A program made the translations under genes and the position numbers. A DNA stretch of 61,320 bases, counting the filler, from Sphacelaria rigidula (taxonomy: Eukaryota): the NCBI GenBank assembly GCA_964200075.2. It is 9 parts of 9 records of this genome, joined end to end, with 100 filler letters (N's around TTAATTAATTAA, not from the genome) between each part and the next. Parts side by side here need not be neighbours in the genome. Positions count along the whole stretch, not along the records: positions 34,125 to 40,848 come from CAXNAA020018404.1; positions 40,949 to 47,672 come from CAXNAA020018405.1; positions 47,773 to 54,496 come from CAXNAA020018406.1; 6 more parts are not named here. One strand, written 5' to 3'. The notes below the pieces were generated by a model. It made no database searches and was not told the DNA's origin. It saw nothing but the letters and a program-made list of their open reading frames with translations. Position 1 is the stretch's first letter. Each line of letters starts with the position of its first letter. Positions 39,824 through 52,306 of the stretch are shown in pieces.

Positions 39824-39994
39824 ANNNNNNNNAAAAAGGGGCCCCGCCCAAAAAGGGAAGGGTGGACAAAGAGAAAAAAAAAAAAAAACCAAAAAAAAAA
39901 AAACGCCCCCCCCCCCCCCCAGAAAAGTGGCTGGTGTGAGTAAGAAAAAACTACATGTAAACAAAAAATTGCAAAAGCCGAGCACACCAAGAAG

Positions 39995-40700
39995 TTGAGA
40001 ACCTTCACGCTTAGGATCGTTCTCGCCAGTATCGCCCATATGAGGGGCTTCACGACCTCTAAAACTAGCTATCATGCGCTGTATGTCCATGTTCTTCGTG
40101 ACAGTTTTGGGGCTATTTCTTTGGGAGGCTATCGCGGCATCATCCCCGTTGAGAGCTACCGAGGCCCGCCAATCCAGCTCCAGCAGACACGAATCGCTGT
40201 TGCCGGGATATCCGAGTCACACATGGTAGAGGTGAACACCTCACAGGCTGAAGCAGTGAGCACCCAGCTGATTAAGGGTTCGCGACCAACACCTGAATCA
40301 CCAATTGAAGTGGTAAGGGTTCCATCAGTGAAGGGTTCGGAGGCATCAACGCGGCGACGGGTGGAGGCGGTACAACAGTCACAGCCAGAAGCACAATTCC
40401 TCACAGAGGCAGAGGTACAAGAGATATCTGGCGGGGAGTTTGGGCTTTTCAGTGACTGGCGCAAGTCAATAATTCTACCGGAGTCAGGCGAAAGTATTCG
40501 GGGAGAGCGATGCCTAAGTGAGGAACATCAAGCTGAAGTGCAGAAGATACTGGCCAGAAGACAAAATACTGCTCGAACTGAGAGGGTACGTTCTGTAATG
40601 CGTGATTGGACCGCGTGCTTTTAGGGTCGCATCGACATTCGAACACCCCAGGACATGTGTCGAGAGAACGCACAGACCTCACGAATGCAAGGACCGCACC
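39995..40700 (+). mobile_element. Possible decayed gag-like ORF
   Basis: A 209-codon open frame followed by a broken zinc-knuckle-like CF..TPGHVSRE remnant; weak support. Confidence 0.3.
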
Positions 40701-40948
40701 CCGAGAAAACCTGGGCCGCGCATTTATCGAGCCAGGGTTAGCGAAGCCAGGCGAGGTGACCGGAGCGACACGACGACAACGCAGTGTGCCCCGAGTAGGA
40801 GAAGAGCAAAGATCTCAAAACTACAACATTCAAGCACCAATAACTCATNNNNNNNNNNNNNNNNNNNNNNNNNNNNNNNNNNNNNNNNNNNNTTAATTAA
40901 TTAANNNNNNNNNNNNNNNNNNNNNNNNNNNNNNNNNNNNNNNNNNNN

Positions 40949-41058
40949 ACAGGCGCTCAGCGCACGGAGACGTTGACCTGATCTATGACAATGAGATCAA
41001 ATGTCGTTGATCTCATTGTCATAGATCAGGTCAACGTCTCCGTGCGCTGAGCGCCTGT
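40949..41058. repeat. Perfect palindrome at the contig start (52-bp arms, 6-nt loop ATGTCG)
   Basis: 40949-41000 is the exact reverse complement of 41007-41058; the left arm is cut by the spacer. Confidence 0.97.
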
Positions 41059-41299
41059 CGTTCGACATGAAGCTCCCCCAACTCATACCCTGCCGGCGAC
41101 CGACGCCCCCCCCACCACCGCTGCGGCATACACAGAGTAGAGAAAGACCGCCGCTTCCGATTTTCACCGTGTCCGGATATACCGAAGTTGAGAGCCTGTT
41201 GCCGTCGGTAACCGACACCTCTCGCGACGACACAATCGACTGGAACAGCACCATCTCGTCGTCGCGGTCACTTTCGCCGAGGTAACTGTTGGAGTCAGT

Positions 41300-41580
41300 A
41301 CTGGCGAGCGTTGCCGGCTGGTATACGCTACCCGCATCTGAAATACATGCCAGCGCATCGTGCTCGACCGCCGCCGCCGTCACTGCTGGTATCTCGAGCT
41401 CGTTGTCGATTAGTACCGGCTGGTATACGCTGCTCCCATCGAAAATGTTGGCCAACACATCGTCCTCTACCGTCGCTACCGTCACTGCTGATACCTCGGG
41501 TCCGTTGTCGATAAGTACCGACTGGTACACGCTACCCGCAACGGAAATGTTGGCCAATGCATCGTACTCGGCCGTAGTTC
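41300..41580 (-). repeat. 102-bp (34-codon) tandem repeat, ~2.7 units, inside a 304-codon minus-strand open frame (40997-41911)
   Basis: GGTA(T/C)ACGCT at 41320, 41422 and 41524; translation repeats (E)xDxLAxIxxxxSVYQx without indels. Confidence 0.85.
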
Positions 41581-42272
41581 TGGCAGAAAACATCGTCAAC
41601 GAGGATGATATCATTCCTGGCTCCGGTCGACCGGTGTCGCCAACGGAAAACGTGTCGAGTGCAATGATCCTTCGTCGTCTGAGGTCCGGGCAGGGGGGAG
41701 GGGAGCGGTGGGAGCCGGCAATCATACAAGAATATCGCAGGACATTTAGGGGTGATAGTGTCAGATACGTTGGGCAATTTCCACAGAGAATAACTGCAAA
41801 TGAACAGGGCCAGTCGGAGGACGCAATATGAGGCAAAAAGTTGAAACCAGCAGGGCACTTGATCCCTGTGGACGTGGAGAAACTTAGGAGATGCCGTGAT
41901 AAAGTTTCCATGTGTTCTTGACCCGGGTGTGAGAAAAAGGTAATTTGTGAGCAACGAAAGTATCCAACAAACGGAGGGCTGTGGTCATCTGGCAGGGTGC
42001 ACTCTCACACCAGCTGTAGCAGTATTCCTAACGACGTCGTGACTGCAGCAGCGGGCAGGCGTTACGCGACCCCACACAAAGTACCTTAAAACACGGGAGA
42101 CATGGACCTGAGTCAAGCTCAGGCGACTGTTTGGTCAGGATCAAGGGTTGAACACCGATAACAAGAGCGAGCAACAGCCTCAATACGAAAGGAAGAAGAG
42201 GAACCGGCCTCCGGACTACTCCGAAGAAACGGGATTGTTACCTGCACACCGGGGCACGTGCTACACACGAAC

Positions 42273-43185
42273 AGTATTTTTTGCAATCGATACCTTTTTC
42301 ATGGGTTCGATGGGAGGGTGGTATCCGTAGCTCTTTTCCATCCAATGAAAAGTCGTTCATCCGTTTCTCACATGATGTTTACGGCCGGGATCTCTTCGCC
42401 CTGCACAGTGTTGTCGACACCGCCGTTTTCACCATCGCCAACTCTATCACCACAGGAGGTGCAAATACCGCTGGTCACATCGTTTGAAATCGCTCACCGT
42501 CCCCCTCCGCCGGCCGCCTGAACGAGAGCACGCAACCTTCCATATATCCAGCCACCCCCTCATCTGTGTCAGAACCCGACAGGCTAGCAGCGGCGTGTAC
42601 AGATACGACGATTGTGATGTAGTGTCGCGATGCTCCGGTGATGAAAGCGGTTCTGCCACCCGTAGCCTCTCGGGTTCTGATACAAATGAGAGGGGGGGCG
42701 TACTCACTTGCTGCTTGCCTTGGTCGTTTGACCATTGGCGAGCAACAAGTGAGTACACCCTCTCCCCCTCTTTTGTGTCAGAACCCGAGAGGCTACGGGT
42801 GGCAGAACCGCTTTCATCACCGGAGCATCGCGACACTACATCACAATCGTCGTATCCGTACACGCCGCTGCTAGCCTGTCGGGTTCTGACACAGATGAGG
42901 GGGTGGCTGGAGATATGGAAGGTTGCATGCTCTCGTTCAGGCGGCGGGCGGAGGGGGACGGTGAGCGATTTCAAACGATGTGACCAGCGGTATTTGCACC
43001 TCCTGTGGTGATAGAGTTGGCGATGGTGAAAACGGCGGTGTTGACAACACTGTGTAGGGCGAAGAGATCCCGACCGTAACCACCATGTGAGTAACGATTG
43101 AACGACTTTTCATTGGATGGAAAAGAGCTACGGATACCACCCTCCCATCGAACCCATGAAAAAGGTATCGATTGCAACAAATACT
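42273..43185. repeat. ~910-bp palindrome with a 4-nt loop (axis ~42728)
   Basis: Arms pair end to end with scattered substitutions; axis TGGTC-GTTT-GACCA; mirror-image ORFs 42447-42974(-) and 42484-43011(+). Confidence 0.97.
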
Positions 43186-44296
43186 CTTCGGGTGGCAGAC
43201 CCGTTTTTACCACCGGAGCACCTCGACACTACCGCCCAATCATCGTTGCCGTACATGCCGCTGCCCCTGCTGCCACCGTTCGCTATGACTGCTTCAGCAC
43301 CGGTACCGGCGAAAAGGTTGTTTTGGTGGCGGTAGAACCTTCCTATCGAGATCCTTCTTCTCAACGAGCTACTGCTGTTACCCTCCCACATCACCTGCAC
43401 CTTGTGGTTGCAGTGGCCTTCGTCGTGTCCTACCTCCTCAGCGACACCGTGGGACATAGTCATCGTCGTCGTCGTCGTCGTCCTCATCGGCAAAGTTGCC
43501 ACAATCCTGTCCTCTTCTTCGTCTTCGACCTGAGACATAGCCGCACTGCCATTTACATTCGCTACCGTCTAGAACGTATGCGGAGCTGTCACAATCACTG
43601 TTGCTTTCCGCTCGTGAGCGTGCACTTCTGTCGATACAGACATCAATATCTCCTATCCGAGAGAGTTTCTCTCTTGTCACTGTCTCGCCGGTAGCCTCGG
43701 TGCTGTTGGTGACGTTTCTGTTGTCGAAGAGTAGACTGGCTAGTTCACTACTCTCGGCAATGTGATCCACCTCCCGGTGGATACCAACATTCCCTCGCGC
43801 TGCCATGACGGGCCGACGGTAAATGTCGTCCGTCGATGCCACTGGCTCGTCGATAGCCTGAAACCTGCTTCCACTGTCGTTGTTGATGGTAGTACCAGCA
43901 GCCGATGTGGTGCTCGTGTCAACGACGGGAGCACCCCGGCATGTCAGCACTACTCTCGGAACCTCAACATCTACAACGTTGGACAGAAACCCCCGACAAA
44001 GAAAAGAGTCTTCTTCTACCGCTGATGCGGTATACGTCGTTGGTCACACTGCTTCCGATGCGGCCGGCTATCCGGAGCCCGACGCCCCCTCGAGCTCTTG
44101 CCACCGGCCTGCAGGGGACATTCCTCTCCCTTGTCAGTGATTCGGTGATGATCTCTGAAATATCAACGTTTCGGCGATCGATACTCTCTTCGTGTGCTTC
44201 GGGACTGTTGCAAGGGTGATTGTTGGTCGGGTTGCCGCTGATGCAACCGACGCTGGGCAGCTCACAGCGCGCTTCCACTGCTGCCGCTCCAAGACT

Positions 44297-45185
44297 GGAA
44301 TATGTTCAACCTTCGGCGAACACGCCCTAGAGATTGGCTGCTTCGCCTGCGCCCCGACCGACTGGGCACCTTGTCTAGCTCGACCCCGCCTCCTCTCGAG
44401 TGCGACTGTGCTGTTGCCGCTGCTGTCGGTATCGGTCATTCAAGCGGCGGCTAGGCGTGTCTTCATTTCGTGTTGCTCGAGCACTTCGTTGAGTGATGCT
44501 CGGATATGGGCAAAAACCGCATTAGCCTCGGGGTAGGCCTGGTTTGGGTTGTTTGATGTGGAGAGACACGCTGCAGCGAGAGCCACAGATAGCACAACGC
44601 GCAGTGAGGATTGAGTGGAGCGTTCGTGACACATAAGCGAGCGAACCCACAAACGAAAGCATTCAACTACTGTACCGTACTACCGAGGTGGTCTCACGTT
44701 GCAAGTCATGCTTACAGTGTGGAGATATTTGATTTGATTGTCAACCAAATCAAATATCTCCACACTGTGAGTACGACTCGCGACGTAAACCCACCTCGGT
44801 AGTACGGTACAGTGGTTGAATGCTTTCGTTTGTGGGTTCGCTCGCTTGTGTGTCACGAACGCTCCACTCAATCCTCACTGCGCGTTGTGCTATCTGTGGC
44901 TCTCGCTGCAGCGTGTCTCTCCACACCGAACAACCCAAACCAGGCCTACCCCGAGGCTGATGCGGTTTTTGCCCATATCCGAGCATCACTCAACGACGCG
45001 CTCGAGCAACACGAAATGATGACACGACTAGCCGCCGCTTGAATGACCGATGCCGACAGCAGCGGCAACAGCACAGTCGCACTCGAGAGGAGGCGGGGTC
45101 GAGCTAGACAAGGTGCCCAGTCGGTCGGGGCGCAGGCGAAGCAGCCAATCTCTAGGGCGTGTTCGCCGAACGTTAAACATATCCC
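44297..45185. repeat. ~890-bp spacer-less palindrome (axis 44741)
   Basis: GGAGATATTTGATTTGATTG-T-CAACCAAATCAAATATCTCC at the axis; 444-bp arms with substitutions and no net indel. Confidence 0.97.
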
Positions 45186-47602
45186 CGAAGCTGGTGCGGC
45201 TTTTGCCCATGTCCGAGCATCACTCAACGAAGCGCTCGGGCAACACGTAATGAAGACACGCCTAGGCGCCGCTGGAATAAACGATACCGACAGCAGTGAA
45301 AGGCAGGAAGTTGTGTGTCAATTATACCGTGATACATCACCGATGTCATTTTACTCCAGGCAAATCAATGCTCAATAGCACCCTCATGCTGTGCATCACA
45401 GGTGACGAAGCATGTGTTGCACTCGGTCAAAAGCAGTAGTCTCGGAGAGGACCTATCCGGGTCGATCTCTTTCGAGAATACACAACGACGCCGTGAAATT
45501 CGGAATACGAGTACACACAGAAAGCAAGCACACCTTCCAGCGACCCTCTCAAGCATAAAGATAGACGTTCCTGATGCTGATTTTTTCGAACACTGGTCGA
45601 CGGTATCATTATATTGCTCACCCTTGCCAAGTCAGCAGGAGAGGAGACCTTGCCCACGTACTTGTGGACGGTACGAGCGTCCGACGGTTCAAGTGTCCCA
45701 TAGGACGAACGAAGGAGATCCCGTAGGTGGCCGAGGTTCCTCCTCCGCTTCACCGCCCACCCGGGCAGTCGCTGTTCTACGTCCGTTTCACTCGGCAGCG
45801 GTTGGAGCCGCATGATTTTACTGTCTTTTGCTACAATCCGGATACCTGCACCGGCATAAGTTCCGAAGAAAACAGCGTTTTCGCGTTGTACTGTACTGGC
45901 TGGAATTACTTCTCACGAACATGTTCGCTACTGGAACTCGTTGTTGTTGGTGGAAGAAACGCTGGAAACGTGATCGCCTAATCAGTCGGCGCAGCGAAGT
46001 TTCGCGGAAAACAACACGGCACTTTCTTAAGATCAGAGGTTTCTACTGAGGTATTTCGTGCCGTTCACCGTATACCACCGAGTTGGCGTGGCGTAGAGCC
46101 CGTTATGCGGTGACTTACAACACGCAGGGGGTAGCATCTGCTCTTCCATATTTGTATATATGTGTGAGTATATTGGGTCACAATAGCATAATCTGATATA
46201 TATATATATATATATGTTGGGCACGTTCTACCTACTTTACAGCAAAAAACACGTGTGGGTAGAATGTAGATAGAAAATAGATGATGACCACGCAGAATCG
46301 ATATTCCAGTCCTGTGGCCTTGTCGACCGCGTGGGGTATTTGTACCATGCACCAGGTAACGATCAATTGTTTCACTCGAAGGATCTCGCCGATGTCTCTC
46401 TTAGTCTGCTGCTTCACTGTTGGTGTCGAGAAAGAGTGATATAATGTACTTCATCTTCACTGTTCCGATACATGTTTTGAGGCGCTTTCACACCCCCGAG
46501 TCAAAATGTACAGAAGAAGAACCTGCCTGCGCCGAAAAGCCCATAACCAGAGCTTCTATTTCACAACGGTTCCGATGGGCGGGGTGCATAACTCCATCGA
46601 AGAAGAAAGCACTGCATCACGCAGGGTTCAAGGGTGGTACCATCGTGGTAGTAGCCGTTCTTTTGTTCCCTGGTTGTGGCAACGAACGAGGTCAAAGGCT
46701 GACTATGAATTCGGCTATTCGTGTTTTGCCGCTTGCGCGTCGAACGTCCACCACATTCACCCACGTTCTTCTTTCTGTCTTCCCTACCAAACATTGCCTC
46801 GATGGCGCACACCGTGACCACCAAGACAACGCCGACCTATCGTTTCAACAGTCACGCAGGCGGGTGTAGGTTAGGCGTGACAGTGTATGATGAATTTTGG
46901 TTGGAACTTTCACGTACAGGTGTAGACCCAAATACAAAGATCGGGACTGTTGCTCATTGCATATTACCGACTCTAGACCGGAGACATTCGGATAGTTGAA
47001 GATCTCCAAACGTTGTCCACACCCTGAACGACTAAGTACCTCGGTTTGGGGCGGTCTGACCTTCAGTAGTAGTCATCTGTTGAATCGGTATTACTTTCAC
47101 AAGGAGTGCAAAACCCAGATAACCCACCCTGGCGGTCAAAGGGTTATAAATAGAGAACGAAAAAATGGTTTTTCTTCTCGCTGTGTGCACTTCTGATGCA
47201 CGCACGCGCGCAAACCTTAAACCTTTAGGCGGTAGCTCACAAACTCCACAGGGGAACCAGTTGGCGACAAAATCCCTCATGATCATCTGCGTTGTTTTCG
47301 CAGCACACGCCCATCAAGAAATACGATGTTTGCACTGTTTTCGCGTACCCCCTGCGGTTGTGATAACATATGCCGTGATATATCTCACACGTGTGTGCAT
47401 TACCATTATGATTATGACACACACTTGGGTTTGACGATCGTGTTGACATATTCCGACATTTACGTGGAATCGAGTTGTTCCGGGATAAATTAGAACCCCC
47501 ATCATACTCCGAATTCGAAGCACGTAGTGCCATATCTTTCACTCCAAGCACCTCACACCATGTTTACACAGAAGGTCAATTTGGGCGCCGAGGGAGGGAG
47601 GC

Positions 47603-47672
47603 GGGGGTGAACTCACGATCATGCATGCCATAGTCATCAGACCATTCACCTCGCATCCCTACAATGCCGGGA
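47603..47672 (+). repeat. Poly-G-anchored repeat family A, cut by the contig end
   Basis: GGGGGTGAACTCACGATCATGCATGCCATAGTCATCAGACCATTCACCTCGCATCCCTACAATGCCGGGA. Confidence 0.8.
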
Positions 47673-49268
47673 NNNNNNNNNNNNNNNNNNNNNNNNNNNN
47701 NNNNNNNNNNNNNNNNTTAATTAATTAANNNNNNNNNNNNNNNNNNNNNNNNNNNNNNNNNNNNNNNNNNNNGGAAGGTCTGGGACGCCGACGGTGTAAT
47801 TGCGGGGGAAGTGGGGTGAAGGGTGTATTGCGAGAGTGAGGGAGGGGGGCACCTGCCTGCATTCACTTCTGGCAACAAGTATGTCCTCTGCAATACGTGG
47901 ACTTCATCCCGCCGAACTACGCTGGGATGCGCTAGACAAGAATACTCAAGAGAGGTGCATGTGCCAGGGCGCCAAAAACTCGTCAGTATATTGCTGTTCT
48001 GGTCCCCAGCACCACTACGGTACCGGCCCCTTGGGCAAGACAGCGATTCCCCAGGAAAACATCACTTGCACGATAACAACCAATACCCCCAACGCGGACA
48101 AACACCTCTATTCATGTTTATTTTGAACACTGTTACAAGGTTGCTTTCTGTAGGGTATACCAGCCAAAAGTAGGGTATTTACACAAGTAAACCGGGGGTA
48201 CTTCATCAGTAAATACCCTTCCAAACCATGTCGGAGTGATCGAAAGAAGGCTCGATACTCTACTGATAATAAGTTTGGTATGCCAACCGAAAATCCCCGA
48301 AATCTAGGTTTATCCTACAGAACACAACATTGTCGTATTATGTAGTGTTATATAAGGATGATCAAAACAAGAACTATACATGTCGTGCAGCAAAAGCTTT
48401 CGTATTCGGTTTCAATGATAGATGAAAAATGAAGTATGTTCACTACGTGACGTCAGAAAAGATAATCGAAGCACACGCAATTTTGATGAACTCATACTCT
48501 TCAGCCCTGGAGGGATAGTCCACACATACGCTGCACGCAAAAATGGTTCAACCGCAAAAGCACCACAGGCTGCACGTCATAGCTGACACTTACCACGAAC
48601 ATGCATCGGCTTTCAAACTCTCTCAAGACCTCCACAATGCGACATTACACAAAACACGACCGTCCCAATGCCGGGTAATCACGGTTACCACACAACATAT
48701 AACCTCCCACAACATCACGCGCCCATGGGGATATGAAAACTCAGTATCTTACACCAGCGTTGCACAACACACGAAGCGATGAGGTTCCTCGTTCATCGCA
48801 AAACATAAGTGTCCCAATAGCAGAACCGTATGAAGGCCTCCCGTGCGCTTTTGGCCTCCAAGGCGGCGCGCGTTGCTAACACCATATCACTTTCACTAGC
48901 TTTCCCGAATATCCGCGAGCAATGATGTCGCTGTTTCAATATTTCCTCACACCGTCTACGTCCCAACAAGGCATATCGGTCGAAGACCACGACTGGGTTG
49001 CCCCGGGACTAGCGCTAGCACATGACATTTTTGCTCCGTACCGGGCAGTGGTAGTGAAGACCTATGGTCTCGGTGAGTGCCACGATACTTCCGAATGCGT
49101 CCCGTTTAAAGGTGCCATATTGCGTCGTCGTCCCGAAATTGCGGCGCTTCGAACAACACAACGAGCGACACGTAGCAAGCACGCTTGGCGATACGCTGCC
49201 TCATTTCGCCATGACGAAGGTTCCTCTTCGAATCCGTGTTGGTGGTCACTACTGCCGTCCAGTCAAAG

Positions 49269-52200
49269 TCACCATGGTAGAGGCTTGCCCTCAAAGTGTC
49301 GGTACAGTTCCCAGTCGAGCTGTATGGTTGCGTTCAACTGCTTTATCTCGTCGGGCTCAAAGTCAGAGAGTTTAACGGTTTTTTGGAGGTTCTTATTCGC
49401 CATCTGTTTGAACAGGTGCAAACACACACACAGTACACGAGAGGGGGAAATAGCTTGAAGCTCGAGTAGGGGACAGGGTAACAAGATATTCAAGGGGTAT
49501 CGACGGACGGGCGTGCTTGCACTGCCACGGATCCTCGCATGAGATGCAATGAGGAAGGTATGAACGGCATTTTCGTATTCACCCAAGCCAAGGAAAGGGT
49601 GCACATAATGGGAGAAACGGCACCGGGCTAGATAAGAAAAACGAAGTCGGGCTGCCGTGGAGGCTCCGCCAAAGCAGGGAGATCACCAGTAAAGACGGGC
49701 GAAATAATGTCAAGTGCCCTAGTCGACCAACAGTGCGGGAACACAAAGACCAACAGGGTCCGAGACAACTTGGGTACATCAACACTGAACAAAAACGTGA
49801 GGGAGCACACGCTGATCGACGCGTGCACATGTCGGGCAGAACAGAACCACTAGACGGGGACTTTGAAGGTTACTAGATAGAGGTGGGAAAAAACGATGGA
49901 CAACTTTTTCGTCTTCTCACCGATCGACTGTGAAGTGTTTTGAGTTCGCTTTCTGTAAGGTTTCCGGTGGGAGACGCGAACTGTTCCGTGATGTACTGTC
50001 GCAGCTGCGGCACTTGGTCCGTGAAAGCTACGAGATCAAGCTCTGACTCCAGGCTAGCCACGAGATCCTGTCCATCGAAGAACGACAAGTGACGAAACGG
50101 CGGGGGAAACTCGACTGATGTGCTGCAGCTGCTGGTCAACAAAGGGGAGCAAAAAAGCGAAATAATAAATCGCCGTCTCTTGTCACTTCGCCGAACGGAA
50201 AATGTGATTTGATGAAATACCACTCCCTCACTACAAGGCCCAGCACTTCTGCCAAAAATCCAACAGTTTTCGGCACGAAAGCTTCTGCGGGATCGGCGAT
50301 AAGTGTTTCGTAGAACTATTGCCTTTGGACCATGAAAAGGTTTTTTTTCCATGCACCTCAGCGTTGTAGATCACATAGACCCTATGCGGAAACAATCACC
50401 GGCGGTTACTGCACACTGAAGAATTTGATCAGAGTCAGAGTAGATCAACCTAACAAATGCCCGTGGATAGAAATATCCGTTCTGCCCACCTACACTTGTT
50501 CATTTTGCTTGATCCGAGTGAAGAAACGTCTTCAAAATGCCGTATTTTTTCTCAACACCAGCTCAAAGAAGCACATTAACAAAGCTGCTTACAACGGCAC
50601 ACACGCGCGCGCAGCAGCAGCCCTCGCAGCCCTGAGTGAGCAAAGGCAAGGCAGGAGTGCCAGCGGAGGAAGTTTTGCACGCTGTTCGCGTGATCATAAA
50701 ACGCATGGCCGCGACGCCCGCGGCAACTTGGGGTCGCGCGCCCGTCCTTTCTCCTATCCTACACGAAAACAAACTGTTGTGGATTGTTGGCTGCTGTCCG
50801 TGTGCGGCGAGGACCTCATCATCTTGATGGGTGACCATTTAGCAGTAGTCAAGCGGGAATACACACGTGATTGATCCCGCAACCGGTGCCACGCGATCGT
50901 GAGCACCCCATCTAAATTACTGTCAACACACGTGCCTTCAAGTCTGAGCTGTCAACCGGTCCTGGCGAGTCCCATCCGTTCCAGCCATGCGTGAGATATG
51001 CTGTGATGCCATCTTCATGCGGGAAGGCCAGCATCTCCTCCTTTGACGTCATGTCGCTCTGGCAGGGTGTGCCGTTACCACGACAAAAAACAAAAAGCGA
51101 TTGAAATCAACGAGGGATGTGGCACGTCTAAAGTTGTGCAGTGTTTGTGCCGGATGTCGTTCAGCACAGCAAAGAATACGTCGTCACATCGTTTTCATCC
51201 ACAGCGGAGTACGACTCGAAGCAGAGCACTACAACAGGAACGCCATTCCAGCAGTGCAGTCGCAACGATCACCGTTTCTCGAGTGTACTGCTCGACACGT
51301 GCTGACAAGCGAGGTGTCGAAAGACGTGACCTGTACTGCACAAGACGGAACCATATCGCCATGTGACAACAACAAACGCGGCGAGTATGACCCGCCCTGG
51401 CTTTGTAATTACTCACGAGTAACTCAATGCGCTACAAGTACCACCAGTGCAACATTAGAATGGGAGAAACAATAGGTCCCCACACGAAGCAGACAGAATA
51501 CCACCGTGCGTCAGTTTTTCTTCTCTTCGACCCCGACTGAATATATATATATATAGAATACAGTTGCGAAGGATAGCGGGATCTCCAACACTCGTGCAAT
51601 GGTGTGTAACGCGGCATTTTCAGCGCCCCATGTCGGGGCGCTGTCCTATCGGAGAACCGCCGCACTGATGCCGGCACCCGACTGTACCGGCAAACAGATT
51701 CTACCGCTCACCCTTTGGGGACACGTGTCCATGTGTCCTCGCAGTCTCCGATGGCAAATGTCATCATATAGCGACAGTAGCCAATCCAGCGGTGGACGGA
51801 TGACCGTAAACGCGAAAAATCCGCAATTATTTTGCTTATGTCTCCGCCGCATAGTGTGCAGGGCCAAGTGCGCCTGCATGAAACTGTGCCGACAAGCGCC
51901 ACAAAATGGGGAAGGGGAAAAACCTGAGGTCGGAAGTTTTACGTCGCAACAGTGTCGTGTTTTTGTCAGTTTTGTCCATCGCACAAAATCTTCGACGTGG
52001 TGATGTAATCGGCGATAATTTGATGAGGTCGGCTCGTGATGACAAACGACAGTTGGACACGAGGCAACAAACAAAAGTCGGCGACAAGATGGCGCGTTTC
52101 TCAACACCGTACGATTGGGAGTGGTCAAGAAACGTTGACGACAAAATCGCGGGCGTTCTACTGCGAGGTTTTTCGGTGAATAGGACGCCTTCTAGACGGC

Positions 52201-52306
52201 GAAAACACTGGAAGTGAAGAACAAATAAACTCGCCTGACCGCGCGGCCGCAGTGTAGCTCCAGCATTGAATGCCTCTGCTTTCCATCCTCCCTCTCCCAC
52301 GGCGCA
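49269..52306 (-). CDS. Sulfotransferase-like protein (PAPS-dependent, carbohydrate sulfotransferase type), 3' part; exons 52306-52235, 51883-51712, 51058-50936, 50067-49921, 49403-49269
   Basis: Phase-compatible splice: ..MLELHCGRAVS|FMQAHL..CGFFAFTVIRPPLDWLLSLY..TCPQR|SDMTSKEEMLAFPHEDG..DLK|DLVASLESELDLVAFTDQV..HSRS|MANKN..EIKQLNATIQLDWELYRHF..W*. Has the R-x7-S 3'-PB motif, an LDLVxxTD motif and a C-terminal LDxxLY motif. 5' exons are unresolved. Confidence 0.75.

Noticed and set aside
42447..43011. Two 175-aa near-identical ORFs on opposite strands
   Set aside because: A geometric consequence of the palindrome; no recognisable domain or splice support
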